Origin: an uncultured Chloroflexota bacterium
Lineage (GTDB): Bacteria; Chloroflexota; Dehalococcoidia; UBA2979
Length of the DNA stretch: 64,000 nt
Reading direction: 5' to 3'
NCBI GenBank assembly: GCA_903917615.1
Contig: CAIXBH010000172.1
Span: 5,898 to 69,897 of the forward strand
Shown: one piece after another, positions 1 through 12,201 of the stretch
Position numbering within the stretch: position 1 is the first letter of the stretch
Layout: every line of letters starts with the position of its first letter
Program-made: the position numbers and the translations under genes
Notes under the pieces: generated by a model
What the model was told of the DNA's origin: nothing
Seen by the model: only the letters and a program-made list of their open reading frames with translations
Database searches by the model: none

Positions 1-587
1 TGCTCCAGAAGGACTTCAACCAGTACGGAGCGCGCCGCGGCAATCACGAGGTGATGATGCGCGGCACGTTCGCGAACGTGCGTCTGCGCAACGCCATCGT
101 TGACCGCGAGGGGCCGTACACGCGGCACCTGCCGGGCGGCGACGAGATGCCGATCTGGGACGCGGCCGAGAAGTACCAGGCGGACGGCGTGCCCCTCATC
201 ATCCTGTCGGGCAAGGAGTACGGCTCCGGCTCGTCGCGTGACTGGGCGGCGAAGGGCCCGATGCTCCAGGGCGTCAAGGCCGTCATCGCGGAGTCGTACG
301 AGCGCATTCACCGCAGCAACCTGATCGGCATGGGCATCCTGCCGACGCAGTACATGCCCGGCGAGTCCGCGAAGACCCTCGGCCTGACGGGCCGTGAGCG
401 CTTCGACATCGAGGGCATCGCGGGCGACCTGCAGCCGAAGTCGATCCTGAACGTCCGCGCGGTCGCCGATGACGGCTCCGAGAAGACGTTCCAGGTGCGC
501 AACCGCATCGACACGCCGGTGGAGGTCGACTACTACCGCCACGGCGGCATCCTGCAGTTCGTGCTGCGCTCGCTGCTCGAGCAGTAG
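1..587 (+). CDS. acnA: Aconitate hydratase, C-terminal part (5' end lies outside the window)
   Basis: The translation ...[30 protein letters not shown]...[22 protein letters not shown] matches the aconitase C-terminal swivel domain. The frame is open to the window start. Confidence 0.9.
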   Translation, partial: LQKDFNQYGARRGNHEVMMRGTFANVRLRNAIVDREGPYTRHLPGGDEMPIWDAAEKYQADGVPLIILSGKEYGSGSSRDWAAKGPMLQGVKAVIAESYERIHRSNLIGMGILPTQYMPGESAKTLGLTGRERFDIEGIAGDLQPKSILNVRAVADDGSEKTFQVRNRIDTPVEVDYYRHGGILQFVLRSLLEQ

Positions 588-598
588 GACCCGGCGCG

Positions 599-784
599 AT
601 GAACTTCCTCGACCCGATCGTCCCCGATGATTCCGCGCTCATCCGAGCATGGGTCATCGAGGGGCGGTCGGACGAGGAGATCGCGCAGAAGCTGCGCATC
701 TCCGTGAAGCTGGTCCGGCCCGTGCGCTGCGACGTCGAGGCCGAAGTCCGGCCGCGCGTGGTCCTGCCTCGCGACCTGTTCTAG
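599..784 (+). CDS. Small (61 aa) protein with a LuxR/sigma-70 region-4-like HTH
   Basis: ATG ORF in the aconitase-MFS intergenic space. The segment SDEEIAQKLRISVKLVR resembles a LuxR-type HTH. The ORF is short, so the call is tentative. Confidence 0.3.
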   Translation: MNFLDPIVPDDSALIRAWVIEGRSDEEIAQKLRISVKLVRPVRCDVEAEVRPRVVLPRDLF

Positions 785-2121
785 GACGCGGCGGCTGCCT
801 CGACCGACCGTCGAGGCGGCGCCGGGCGCGTCGCGAGCACGAAGAAGACCGAGCCGAGGCCCGCGAGCAGCGCGATCACTGTGAAGCCCAGGCGGTATGA
901 GCCGGTCGTGTCGTACAGCACCCCGGCAATGATCGGCCCGCCGATCTGGCCCAGCGTGACAACCGTCGTCGAGATGCCGAAGATCGCCCCGAACGAACCT
1001 CGACCGAAGTAGTCGGCGTTCAGCGCCGCCATGAGCGGGCCGCGCGTGCCCCACGCGAGGCCGTGCAGGACGGCGAAGGCGATCGCCGCTGGGACGCTGC
1101 TGTTCCACGCCACCAGCAGCAGCGCCACCATGTGCATCGCCATGCACACGATCACCACGCGCCGCTTGCTGAACCGGTCGCCGAGGTAGCCACCCGCGAT
1201 CTGCCCGGCGATCTGCGCCGCCGTCATCAGGCCGAGGACCGCGGCGGCACCGGCATCCGAGTATCGGAACGACCCGGTCAGGTGCAGGAACATGTGCACC
1301 TGCACCGCCGCGACCACGAGCAGCGACGACCCGTGTCCCAGCGCGATCATCCAGAAGGCGCGGGTGCGCACCGCCTCGCCTGCCGTGAACGAGATCGTGC
1401 TGCTCGAGGTGCGCGCCGCGGCGACCTCCGCGTCACGATGGGCGGCCTCGGCCGCGGTCGCGCCGTCGATGCGGAGGCCGCGCAGCTCGGGGCGCTGGTG
1501 CATCAGAAAGGTCAACGGCAGCCCGATCGCGAACACGGCGAGGCCCGAGCCGAGCGACGTGAGACGCCAGTCGTGTGTGATCGCCAGGATGACCGCCGGG
1601 GCGACGAGGCCACCGAACGCGTATCCAATGAAAGAGAGGCTGATCGCGCGCGCTCGATAGCGGTCGAACCAGTTGACCATCACCGTCGTGATCGGCAGGA
1701 AGCCGCCCACGTTCGATCCGACGGCCAGGAGGATAGATGCCGCATAGAACAGCGGCAGGGAGTCGAGGCGCGCGAAGAGGAAGAATCCCAGCGCGTACAG
1801 GATCAGACCCGCGCGCATGACCACGCGCGGGCCGAGGCGGTCGATCATCCGGCCGAGCGGGTAGTTCGCGAAGCCTGCGAGGAGCCGCGACACCGAGAAC
1901 GCCCCGCTCAGCGCGCTCCGTGTCCAGCCGTAGTCGCGCGTCAGCGCGGCGGCGTAGCCACCCACGGCTCCATCGAGGAGCGCGCCGACCAGGAACTGGA
2001 TCCCTGAGCCGGCCGCGACGATGTACCAGCCGTAGAAGATTCCACGACGTCCCCCCGAGGGCGGAACCCCTCCACCCTCACCCTCCCCCGCCAGGGGGGA
2101 GGGGACAGATTGGGAGACCAC
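781..2121 (-). CDS. MFS transporter
   Basis: A 446-aa product with multiple hydrophobic helices and MFS-like loops (GRMIDRLGPR). It uses a GTG start that overlaps the pepN stop. The N-terminal 25 aa are low-complexity and overlie a hairpin. Confidence 0.75.
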   Translation of the reverse strand: MVSQSVPSPLAGEGEGGGVPPSGGRRGIFYGWYIVAAGSGIQFLVGALLDGAVGGYAAALTRDYGWTRSALSGAFSVSRLLAGFANYPLGRMIDRLGPRVVMRAGLILYALGFFLFARLDSLPLFYAASILLAVGSNVGGFLPITTVMVNWFDRYRARAISLSFIGYAFGGLVAPAVILAITHDWRLTSLGSGLAVFAIGLPLTFLMHQRPELRGLRIDGATAAEAAHRDAEVAAARTSSSTISFTAGEAVRTRAFWMIALGHGSSLLVVAAVQVHMFLHLTGSFRYSDAGAAAVLGLMTAAQIAGQIAGGYLGDRFSKRRVVIVCMAMHMVALLLVAWNSSVPAAIAFAVLHGLAWGTRGPLMAALNADYFGRGSFGAIFGISTTVVTLGQIGGPIIAGVLYDTTGSYRLGFTVIALLAGLGSVFFVLATRPAPPRRSVEAAAAS

Positions 2122-4673
2122 TAGGAGGCCGCGAACTCGCGGCAGCGCACGGCGCGCTCGAGGTCGTCGATCGCCTCGCGCAGCGAGCGCTGCAGGACGG
2201 GCAGGCGGTCACCCAGGCTCGCGAGGAGCGCGTTCGCACGGTCGAGCAGCGCGCGGTCGACGCGGTATCCCGGCCAGAGCGCGCCGAAGTACGCCGAGGC
2301 GTACTCGTTCGTCTCGCGCTCGAAGATGCCCGGTAGCGCCTCGAAGTATCGCTCGGTGTATGGCTCCAGCAGCGCGCCCTGGGACCACCAGTGGAAGCCG
2401 CCCATGGCGGCGCTGGTCAGGTGCAGGGAGCCGTAGGACGACGGGCCGGTCTGGAACTTCTCCCAGGCGGCGGCCTTCACCTCGGCCGAGGGTGGAGCGG
2501 TCTCGATGCGGAGCAGTGCGCGCTGACCGCGGTCGGAGCGGTCGCGTGCCGTCTCGGCCTCGACCCGCTCGGTGGCGCCGGGGAGCCCATAGGCCACGCT
2601 GCGGAGCGCGACGCTCCAGCGCATGTCCTGGTCCACCGTGAGCCCGGGGACGTGGATCGCGCCGTCGGCGAGGTCGCAGATCGTGCGCGCGTCCTCCGGG
2701 GTGATCGCGACGGCGATCGCTGTGCGTGCCCACGTGATCTGCAGGTTCGGGTCGCTTGCCGCCTTCAGGGCGTCGAGGGCGAGCACGAAGAAGCGGTGCG
2801 CTGCCTCGGCCTTCTGCGCCTCGGGGACGTAGCGCGAGATCGCGGCGCTCATCGTGCCGAGGATCGTCTCGACGAGCTCGTGGTCGGTCTCCGCGGACAC
2901 CTTCGGCCCCGCGAGGTCGAGGTAGTCCGTGGACTTCAACTGCTGGTCGCGCACCATGTTCCACAGCGTCTGCCAGATGAGCTGGCGGAGCAGCGGGTCC
3001 TCGATGCGGTCGAGGTTCGCACGGAGGAACGCGAGCGAGCGCTCGTCCAGCGCGATCTTCGTGAAGTCGTGGTCGTGGTGGTTCGGGAAGACGAAGTCCG
3101 GCAGCGGCCGGCCGATCGCCTCGGGCACCTCTGCGGTCGCACCGTCGATGTGTGCCGGCACCTCGTCGATGACGAGCGCGCCGCCCTCCTCGCGCACGAG
3201 CGCGATGTCCATGCGGTGTGGGCGCAGGGTGGGGTAGTCCGCGGGCGCGCTCTGCGTGAGCGACAGCGAGGCGATGCGCGCGCCGTCCGCCTCGATGTGC
3301 GCGGCGATGGTGTTGAGCGACGGCGTCTCGAGCCAGAGCGCGGCCCAGCCGTGCAGGTCATGGCCCACGCCCTCGCCGAGGGCGTCCAGCCACTCGGAGA
3401 GCGTCGTGTTGCTGTACTCGTGCTTCTTGAAGTAGCCGCGCATGCCGGCGCGGAAGCCCTCGATGCCCATCGCGGCGACGAGCTGCTTGATGACGGAGGC
3501 GCCCTTGCCGTAGGTGATGCCGTCGAAGTTCTGGAAGGTCGCGTCCGTGTCGGCGACCTGCCCGGCGATCGGGTGTGTTGTGATGAGCTGGTCCTGGCGG
3601 TAGGCCCAGTTCTTCATGCCGGAGTTGAAGGCCTGCCACGAGGTAGTGAAGCGGGTCGCTTCGTCCATCGACAGGTAGGCCATGTAGGTCGCGAACGACT
3701 CGTTCAGCCAGAGGTCGTTCCACCACTTCATGGTGACGAGGTCGCCGAACCACATGTGTGCCATCTCGTGGAGGATGACCTCGGCGCGGCCCTCGCGCTG
3801 CGTCTCCGTCGGCGGGTCGCGGAAGACCATGCGCTCCGAGTGCGTCACGGCGGCGACGTTCTCCATCGCGCCCGCGTTGAACTCGGGCACGAAGACCTGG
3901 TCGTACTTACCGAACGGGTAGGGGTAGTCGAAGAAATCGCCGTAGAACGTGAGGCCCTGCTTCGTGACCTCGAACAACTCGTCGCGGTCGACGTGCGGCG
4001 CGAGCGACTTGCGCGCGAAGAAGCCGAGGTCGACGCCGTTGTGGGTGTCGCGGAACACCTCGAAGGGGCCTGCGATCAGCGCGAAGAGGTAGGTCGAGAT
4101 GCGCTTGGTGCGCTGAAAGGTCGTCTCGCGGCGACCATCCTCCAGCGTGCGGTGCATGTAGTCGGCGCTGTTGGCGATGAGCACCCACTCCGTGGGCGCC
4201 TTCACCGTGAGGAGGTACTCCGCCTTGATGTCGGGCTGGTCGAAGCCCGGGAAGAGCCGGTGCGCGTTGTACGGCTCGAAGTTGGTGTAGAGGTACTCCT
4301 CACCATCCTCGGGATCGACGAACTGGTGCAGGCCGTCCCCGGTGTGGTCGTAGTCGTTCTCGTACACGACGCGCACGGCGTTGTCCGGTCGCAGGGAGGC
4401 GCCGTCGATGGTGAGGCGGTACCCCGTCCATTCCGGTTCCGGCACCGCGACGCCGTTCACCTCGAGCAAGTCGATGCGCTTGCCGGTGAAGTCGAGGAAG
4501 AGCGGCTCGCTGCCCGTCGCCTGGAACGTGATCGCGACGTCGCCCCTGTAGGTGCTCGCGCCACGCGTCAGGTCGAGGGCGATCGCATAGGCGACCTTGG
4601 AGACGCGGGCGGCACGGGCCTCGGCCTCTGTCTGGGTCAGGACATCACGCGTGGTGGGGGTGGGGGCGTCCAT
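2121..4673 (-). CDS. pepN: Aminopeptidase N (M1 family zinc metallopeptidase)
   Basis: Contains HEMAHMWFGD...WLNESFATY, which is the HEXXH...E zinc site. The six-frame ORF runs to 5042, but the N-terminal 123 aa are Arg/Pro-rich junk. Start trimmed to the ATG at 4671-4673 (MDAPTPTT). Confidence 0.9.
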   Translation of the reverse strand: MDAPTPTTRDVLTQTEAEARAARVSKVAYAIALDLTRGASTYRGDVAITFQATGSEPLFLDFTGKRIDLLEVNGVAVPEPEWTGYRLTIDGASLRPDNAVRVVYENDYDHTGDGLHQFVDPEDGEEYLYTNFEPYNAHRLFPGFDQPDIKAEYLLTVKAPTEWVLIANSADYMHRTLEDGRRETTFQRTKRISTYLFALIAGPFEVFRDTHNGVDLGFFARKSLAPHVDRDELFEVTKQGLTFYGDFFDYPYPFGKYDQVFVPEFNAGAMENVAAVTHSERMVFRDPPTETQREGRAEVILHEMAHMWFGDLVTMKWWNDLWLNESFATYMAYLSMDEATRFTTSWQAFNSGMKNWAYRQDQLITTHPIAGQVADTDATFQNFDGITYGKGASVIKQLVAAMGIEGFRAGMRGYFKKHEYSNTTLSEWLDALGEGVGHDLHGWAALWLETPSLNTIAAHIEADGARIASLSLTQSAPADYPTLRPHRMDIALVREEGGALVIDEVPAHIDGATAEVPEAIGRPLPDFVFPNHHDHDFTKIALDERSLAFLRANLDRIEDPLLRQLIWQTLWNMVRDQQLKSTDYLDLAGPKVSAETDHELVETILGTMSAAISRYVPEAQKAEAAHRFFVLALDALKAASDPNLQITWARTAIAVAITPEDARTICDLADGAIHVPGLTVDQDMRWSVALRSVAYGLPGATERVEAETARDRSDRGQRALLRIETAPPSAEVKAAAWEKFQTGPSSYGSLHLTSAAMGGFHWWSQGALLEPYTERYFEALPGIFERETNEYASAYFGALWPGYRVDRALLDRANALLASLGDRLPVLQRSLREAIDDLERAVRCREFAAS

Positions 4674-4753
4674 ACGGCCTCGACTTCCGGGTGCGGAGGG
4701 ATGGGGTCGAGGGACATGGTAGCCGACGGCTCCCCGGCGCTGCTCCGTGCCGG

Positions 4754-5560
4754 CTACTCCCGCGGCGACGCCTCGCGGGCGGCGCGCCGGCGCTCCTTGC
4801 GCGGCGCGGCGACGAGGCGGGCGTACGCGATGGCGACGAGGGCGGCCGCGAGGCCGAACCACTGGGCGGCATACTGGAGCGAGTCCACATCGGACTCGTA
4901 TGCGTAGAAGCCCTGCACGCGGAGCACCCCGGCCGGGCGGCTGTTGCCGCTGTCGGTCAGCAGATGGCCCTCGATGACGTACCAGGGGAGCACCGGGTAG
5001 GGGAGCGTCGCGCCCATGTCGCGCGGGGAGATCTGCGACCACGTCCCCGCCGGGGTCCGGCGCCCGCTGAGACCCTCGACGTAGCGCGCGAGGCCCTGCG
5101 TGTCGGCGACTCTGCTCTTCGCGATCTCGGCGAGCACGGCCTCGCGCTGGCCCTCGGCGTACCAGCCGCGGTCCACGAGCACGGCGGGACCGCCCGGCGC
5201 GAGGAGGAGCGGGACGGCGATGTCTTCGCCCTTCGTGCCGAAGCGAGCGCGGTTGGCGAGGACGAGGGCGTGCTCGATGTCCCAGGTGCCGGTGAGGGCG
5301 ACGAGGCGATAATCCAGGTCGCCGAGCGGGAGGCGCTGGGCTTCGGCCGCGCTGAGGGGCGTCCCGGCGAGGTGGGCGTTCCGCTCCGCGATCAGCGCGT
5401 TGCGCCAGGTGTTCCGCTGGAGCTGCCAGACCCCGAGGCCGCAGAGGACGGCGACCGCGGCCACCACCAGCGCGGCGAGAACGGGGGTGGGCAGGCGGAA
5501 GCGCACGGGGTCTCCTCGGGCGGGCTGCTTCAGTCTCGACCGAGTGCGCGCGCGGAGCAA
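4754..5560 (-). CDS. SURF1 family cytochrome oxidase assembly protein
   Basis: Has an N-terminal TM helix with the GVWQLQR motif and a C-terminal TM helix. The size of about 268 aa is typical of SURF1. Confidence 0.7.
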   Translation of the reverse strand: MLRARTRSRLKQPARGDPVRFRLPTPVLAALVVAAVAVLCGLGVWQLQRNTWRNALIAERNAHLAGTPLSAAEAQRLPLGDLDYRLVALTGTWDIEHALVLANRARFGTKGEDIAVPLLLAPGGPAVLVDRGWYAEGQREAVLAEIAKSRVADTQGLARYVEGLSGRRTPAGTWSQISPRDMGATLPYPVLPWYVIEGHLLTDSGNSRPAGVLRVQGFYAYESDVDSLQYAAQWFGLAAALVAIAYARLVAAPRKERRRAAREASPRE

Positions 5561-5726
5561 TGGCGAGGGCTATGGTGTCGCGGGCGACCGCCCGGGATTC
5601 GCGAGGCCTTCGCCTCGTGAAATACGGCGGAAACCTTCATACCATATCGTCCCTCACGTCCTCGTTGGGCGTTTCGGAGTTGCTCGGGTTCCGGCCATCG
5701 GCCGGTCAAATGCGGAAGGACAGGCC

Positions 5727-6728
5727 ATGGTCTACAGAGCGGAATACATCTGGATTGACGGCGCGGAGCCGACGCAGAAGCTGCGTTCGAAGACGAAGAT
5801 CCTCGAGGACGGCGCCGAGCCGGGCATCTGGGGCTTCGACGGGTCGAGCACGAATCAGGCCACGGGCGACAACTCGGACTGCGTCCTGAAGCCGGTCGCG
5901 ACCTTCCCGGACCCGATCCGCGGTGGCAACAACATCCTCGTGATGTGCGAGGTGCTCCTCGTCAACATGAAGCCGCACCCCACCAACAAGCGCGCCGCGC
6001 TCGTCGCGACCGCGAAGAAGTACGCGAAGCACGACACCTGGTTCGGCATCGAGCAGGAGTACACCTTCTTCCAGGGTGGTCGTCCGCTGGGCTGGCCGGA
6101 GAACGGCTTCCCGGCCCCGCAGTTCGGCTACTACTGCGGCGTCGGCGCGGACGAGATCTTCGGCCGCGAGATCGTCGAGGCGCACACGGACGCCTGCATC
6201 GCCGCTGGCATCAAGATCGCCGGCACCAACGCCGAGGTGATGCCCGGCCAGTGGGAGTTCCAGGTCGGGCCGCTGAGCCCGGTCGAGGTCGCCGACCACC
6301 TGTGGATGGCGCGCTGGCTGCTCTACCGCATCGCTGAGGACTTCGAGGTCGCCGCGACCCTGAACCCGAAGCCGGTGATGGGCGACTGGAACGGCGCGGG
6401 TGCGCACACCAACTTCTCGACGAAGGAGACCCGCGAGTCGTGGGCAGCCATCGAGAAGGCGGCGAAGGCGCTCGGCCCGAAGCACGACCTCCACATCGCG
6501 AACTACGGCTACGGCATCGAGCAGCGCCTGACCGGCGCGCACGAGACCGCCTCGTACAAGAGCTACTCGTACGGCGTGTCGCACCGCGGTGCGTCCGTCC
6601 GGATCCCGTGGCAGGTGGCCGTCGACAAGAAGGGCTACATCGAGGACCGCCGCCCGAACGCGAACATGGACCCGTACACGGTCTGCCGGCTCATCACCGA
6701 CACCGTGTGCGCGGCGCTCGAGAAGTAG
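5727..6728 (+). CDS. glnII: Glutamine synthetase type II (eukaryote-like GSII)
   Basis: MVYRAEYIWIDG...GIEQEYTFF...NFSTKETRE...RGASVRIP are GSII signatures. The ORF was trimmed from 5400 to the ATG at 5727 to give 333 aa. Confidence 0.9.
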   Translation: MVYRAEYIWIDGAEPTQKLRSKTKILEDGAEPGIWGFDGSSTNQATGDNSDCVLKPVATFPDPIRGGNNILVMCEVLLVNMKPHPTNKRAALVATAKKYAKHDTWFGIEQEYTFFQGGRPLGWPENGFPAPQFGYYCGVGADEIFGREIVEAHTDACIAAGIKIAGTNAEVMPGQWEFQVGPLSPVEVADHLWMARWLLYRIAEDFEVAATLNPKPVMGDWNGAGAHTNFSTKETRESWAAIEKAAKALGPKHDLHIANYGYGIEQRLTGAHETASYKSYSYGVSHRGASVRIPWQVAVDKKGYIEDRRPNANMDPYTVCRLITDTVCAALEK

Positions 6729-6774
6729 CGCAGCGGGACGCCGGGGTCGCCCCGAGCGACTCCACTGGAGCACG

Positions 6775-6800
6775 GAAGGGCGGCCGCAAGGCCGCCCTTC
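6775..6800. terminator. GC-rich hairpin between the convergent genes glnII and the AP-family gene
   Basis: gaagggcggcc-gcaa-ggccgcccttc is a perfect 11-bp stem. The U-tract is weak on both sides. Confidence 0.3.
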
Positions 6801-6839
6801 TGCATGTCGGCGCGCGTGACGTCGAGTGATCGGGTGCAG

Positions 6840-8105
6840 CTACGCCGGGCGCGGGACGCGCGCGAACTCGATCTCCCAGCCCGGGGACTCGCCTCCCGCG
6901 ATGATCAGGGGGATCAGCATCTCGGCGGCGCTGAGGCCGGAGTGGTGCGACCGCTGGGCGAGGTACCGGTCGCGCCCCGGTGCGCCCGTGTAGCGGAGCA
7001 CCTCGCCGCCGAGCGCGATGCTGACGAAGTCCCCGATCCGCCCGCGCGTCTCCTCGGTCATCGAGTCCGGCCCGAGCAGTCCAAGCGCCGCGGCCTCGCC
7101 GCTGGTGATCAACAGGAACGTCTCGCTGAAGCGCTGGAGGAACGCCGCGACGAAGTCGTCCTCGGCTCCGGCGCGCACATGCCAGAAGGCAGTGCGCACA
7201 TCGCCCGAGGGCGGGCAGCGGAGGAAGTCGAGCAGCGGATCGTCCGCGGTCACCTCCAGGTGGCCGGCTCCGCTCACGGTGCGATGTCCGTGATCCGCCG
7301 AGACGACGATGCGCGCGTTGATCGCATGGTCGCGCAGGTTCTCGGACAGCGCGGCGAGTGCGCGGTCCAGATCCTCGAGCCCGCGCAGCACGCGAGGATC
7401 GTCGGGACCGAAGTCATGCTCCAGCGAGTCCGGGACCGCCGTGTACCAGTAGGTGTACGTCGGGCCCGACGCCGCGAGCAGCCGCGCGCCGATGAGGTCT
7501 GCCGCCTCGGCGTGCTGTCCGTAGCCCACGCAGGGCGCGTTGCCGGCCATGTAGCGCGTGAAGGGCGAGGAGACGATCGCCGCGGGCATGAACAGGGCAG
7601 CATCGCGAGTCATCTTCGGGATGATCGGATCGGCCGGGCAGAGATCGCGGATGCCGACGTCGAGGTCCTCCAGCGCGACCTCGTCCATCGTGCGTTCGTG
7701 GCGGAAGACGGTGACCGGGGCGTTCAACTCGCGGAGGTGCGTCCACCAGCCGGTGATCGCGTGGTGCGACGGGTACTCGGCCGTGGCGATCGACGAGACG
7801 GCGACCGGCGTGGTGGAGGGGAACGGCGCCTGGATGATGCGCTGCAGGTTGCGGCGCATCCACGACTCTCGCGGCAGCGTGTCGAGCAGTTGCATGCCGA
7901 GGCCGTCCGCGAGCACGAAGACGATGTGATCGGCGCGACGGAGATGGTCGGCGGTGGCGCGGCTGTGATCGTTGAGGCGGATGTTCGGGACGCCGCACAC
8001 GTGGGCGATCGCGCGCACGACATGGATCAGGCTCATCGCGCCTGCGTACGGACGGATCAGTTCACCTGCGTCGAAGCCGTCGATGAGCCGCTGGAGATCG
8101 GGCAT
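6840..8105 (-). CDS. Alkaline phosphatase / type I phosphodiesterase (nucleotide pyrophosphatase) family protein
   Basis: A 421-aa product with VLADGLG near the N-terminus and VVSADHGH, which are metal-ligand motifs of the AP superfamily. Confidence 0.65.
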   Translation of the reverse strand: MPDLQRLIDGFDAGELIRPYAGAMSLIHVVRAIAHVCGVPNIRLNDHSRATADHLRRADHIVFVLADGLGMQLLDTLPRESWMRRNLQRIIQAPFPSTTPVAVSSIATAEYPSHHAITGWWTHLRELNAPVTVFRHERTMDEVALEDLDVGIRDLCPADPIIPKMTRDAALFMPAAIVSSPFTRYMAGNAPCVGYGQHAEAADLIGARLLAASGPTYTYWYTAVPDSLEHDFGPDDPRVLRGLEDLDRALAALSENLRDHAINARIVVSADHGHRTVSGAGHLEVTADDPLLDFLRCPPSGDVRTAFWHVRAGAEDDFVAAFLQRFSETFLLITSGEAAALGLLGPDSMTEETRGRIGDFVSIALGGEVLRYTGAPGRDRYLAQRSHHSGLSAAEMLIPLIIAGGESPGWEIEFARVPRPA

Positions 8106-9526
8106 GGGATCCGGAGTTCATGTCCCGCGTGTTGAGCGCACTCTAGCCCGTCGCCGAACCAGCCGCACACGTTTCGTGGGCTGCGAGGGATACCCCCTCG
8201 CCCTATGGGTAGCGGCCCTACGGGTAACGGTAGGTGCGGAGCCCCTTCACCGTGAGCGACACGACCACGGTGCATCCCAGCGCGATGATCGCCCCGAGCT
8301 GCATCGTGTGGGCTTCGCCGAGTCCCGGGAGGCCGAAGACGCCGCCCGCGACGAAGCCCACGAAGAGCGTGCCGGCGTTGTTCGCGGTGGTCGCGACCAG
8401 CGTGCCCAGGCTGAGCGTCCGGCCGAGCATCTGGTCCGGCGTCGTGAGCTGCATCATCGCCTGGCGCGTCACCATGCTGATGGCGTCGAACGCGCCCATC
8501 CCGAAGATCGCGACCCCGCCGAGGAAGAGCGAGGGCACGGTGCCGAAGAAGAAAACCGAGACGCAGAACGCGAACGTCGCGTACACGACCAGCATCCCCT
8601 TCGCGCGGAAGCGCGTCGTGAAGAGCACCACAAATGCCCCGATCACGGCGCCCACCGAGTTCACGGAGGTCAGTACGCCGACCGCGGCGGGGCCGGCCGC
8701 GAACAGGCCGCTCGCGAGCGCGGGCAGCAGCTGGCGATAGAAGGTCGGCACCGTCATCCCGATGTCGAGGAGGAAGAGTCCGGGCAGGATGCCGTGGCTG
8801 CGCACGTACTGGAAGCCCTCGATGACCCGGCGCGGCATGCTGCCGCTGGTGTTCACGTTGGTGGCGCGGCCCTCGGCCTTGATCATGAGCGGCAGGAACG
8901 CCGCGGGGATCGAGGTCAGCGCTGACATCACCCATGCCGGGTTCAGCCCCCACCGCGCAACGACCCACGCGAAGGCGAGCGGCGCGATGATCGAACCCAC
9001 CTGCTGCGTGAGCTGGTTCGCGGTGATCGCGTGCATGAGGTGCGTCCGCGGGACGACGCGCGCGGTGATCGCGGCGCGAGCGGGCTGCCCGATGACCGAG
9101 GTGACGCTGAGGAGCGCTGTAGCCGCGTAGATGTGCCACGGCACGAGGTTGCCCGTGACCGCAAGGAGCGCGAGGACGCCCATGATGGCGGCCGTCTGCG
9201 CCTGGGTCCACGCCATGAGTTTCTTGCGATCCATCGTGTCAGCGAGCGTGCCGCCCCAGAGCAGCCCAGGGATCTGGACGACGAGCTGGACGCCGCCGAC
9301 GAGGCCGAGCTTCGCGGCAGAGTGGGTCGTCTCGAAGAGCCAGATGTACGGGACCAGCATGATCAGCTGGTTCGTGAACATCGCGCAGAGCGAGCTCAGC
9401 CAGAACAAGCGGTAGTCCGCGATGGCGAACGGCGCCCATGGCGATAGGTCATGTGCCCGTGCGTCGGCCTCCGCGCCCTCGACGAGTTCGGGAGCTTCCT
9501 CGGGCGGGGCGTCGGGTGGGGTGGGG

Positions 9527-11584
<2,058 letters not shown>

Positions 11585-11697
11585 CGGCGTCCGTTCAGGA
11601 GTGCAGGCATCGAAGGGTACCATCGACTTGCGCTGGCGACTCCCGCTGGCGACGTCCGCTGCGGGCCACGGCCTCGCCTGCCGACCGAGGAGCGCCT

Positions 11698-12198
11698 GTG
11701 CCCGACCTCCGCATCCGCTTCGCCACCGCCGAGGATGCCTCGACCATCGTCGAGTTCGTCCGCGGCCTCGCGGCGTTCGAACATGAGCCGCTTGAGCAGG
11801 TTCATCTGACTGAGGCGGACGTCGTCCGCGACGGGTTCGGCGCGCGTCCGCTGTTCGAGGTGCTGATCGCGGAGCGCGATGGGCGGTCGCTCGGCATGGC
11901 GCTCTTCTTCCCGCACTACTCGACCTGGGAGGGGGCCGCGGCGATCTACATTGAGGACCTGTACGTGGTCGAGGATGCGCGCCGGGACGGCGTCGGGCGG
12001 GCGCTCGTCGCGGCTGTGGTCCGCCTCGCGGTGGAGCGGGGCAATCCGCGCGTGGACCTCGCCGTACTGGACTGGAATCCCGCGCGCGGCTTCTATGCGC
12101 GCCTCGGCTTCGCGCAGCAGCAGGAGTGGTTGCCGTATCGCCTCGATGGTGCGGCACTGCGGGCGCTCGCGGGCGACGCCCCCGCTCAGGGAGCGTAG
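11698..12198 (+). CDS. GNAT family N-acetyltransferase
   Basis: The [16 protein letters not shown]...[19 protein letters not shown] acetyl-CoA-binding motif. A GTG start at 11698 was chosen to avoid overlap with the divergent gene. Confidence 0.65.
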   Translation: MPDLRIRFATAEDASTIVEFVRGLAAFEHEPLEQVHLTEADVVRDGFGARPLFEVLIAERDGRSLGMALFFPHYSTWEGAAAIYIEDLYVVEDARRDGVGRALVAAVVRLAVERGNPRVDLAVLDWNPARGFYARLGFAQQQEWLPYRLDGAALRALAGDAPAQGA

Positions 12199-12201
12199 GG
12201 G

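Noticed and set aside
2391-4907. 838-aa plus-strand ORF
   Set aside because: It is antisense to pepN, which has unmistakable M1 motifs. It is Arg/Gly/Val-rich low-complexity sequence of the kind that reverse frames give in high-GC DNA.
4674-5042. 123-aa N-terminal extension of the pepN ORF
   Set aside because: Arg/Pro-rich and overlaps the SURF1 gene region. The conserved PepN sequence starts at MDAPTPTT.
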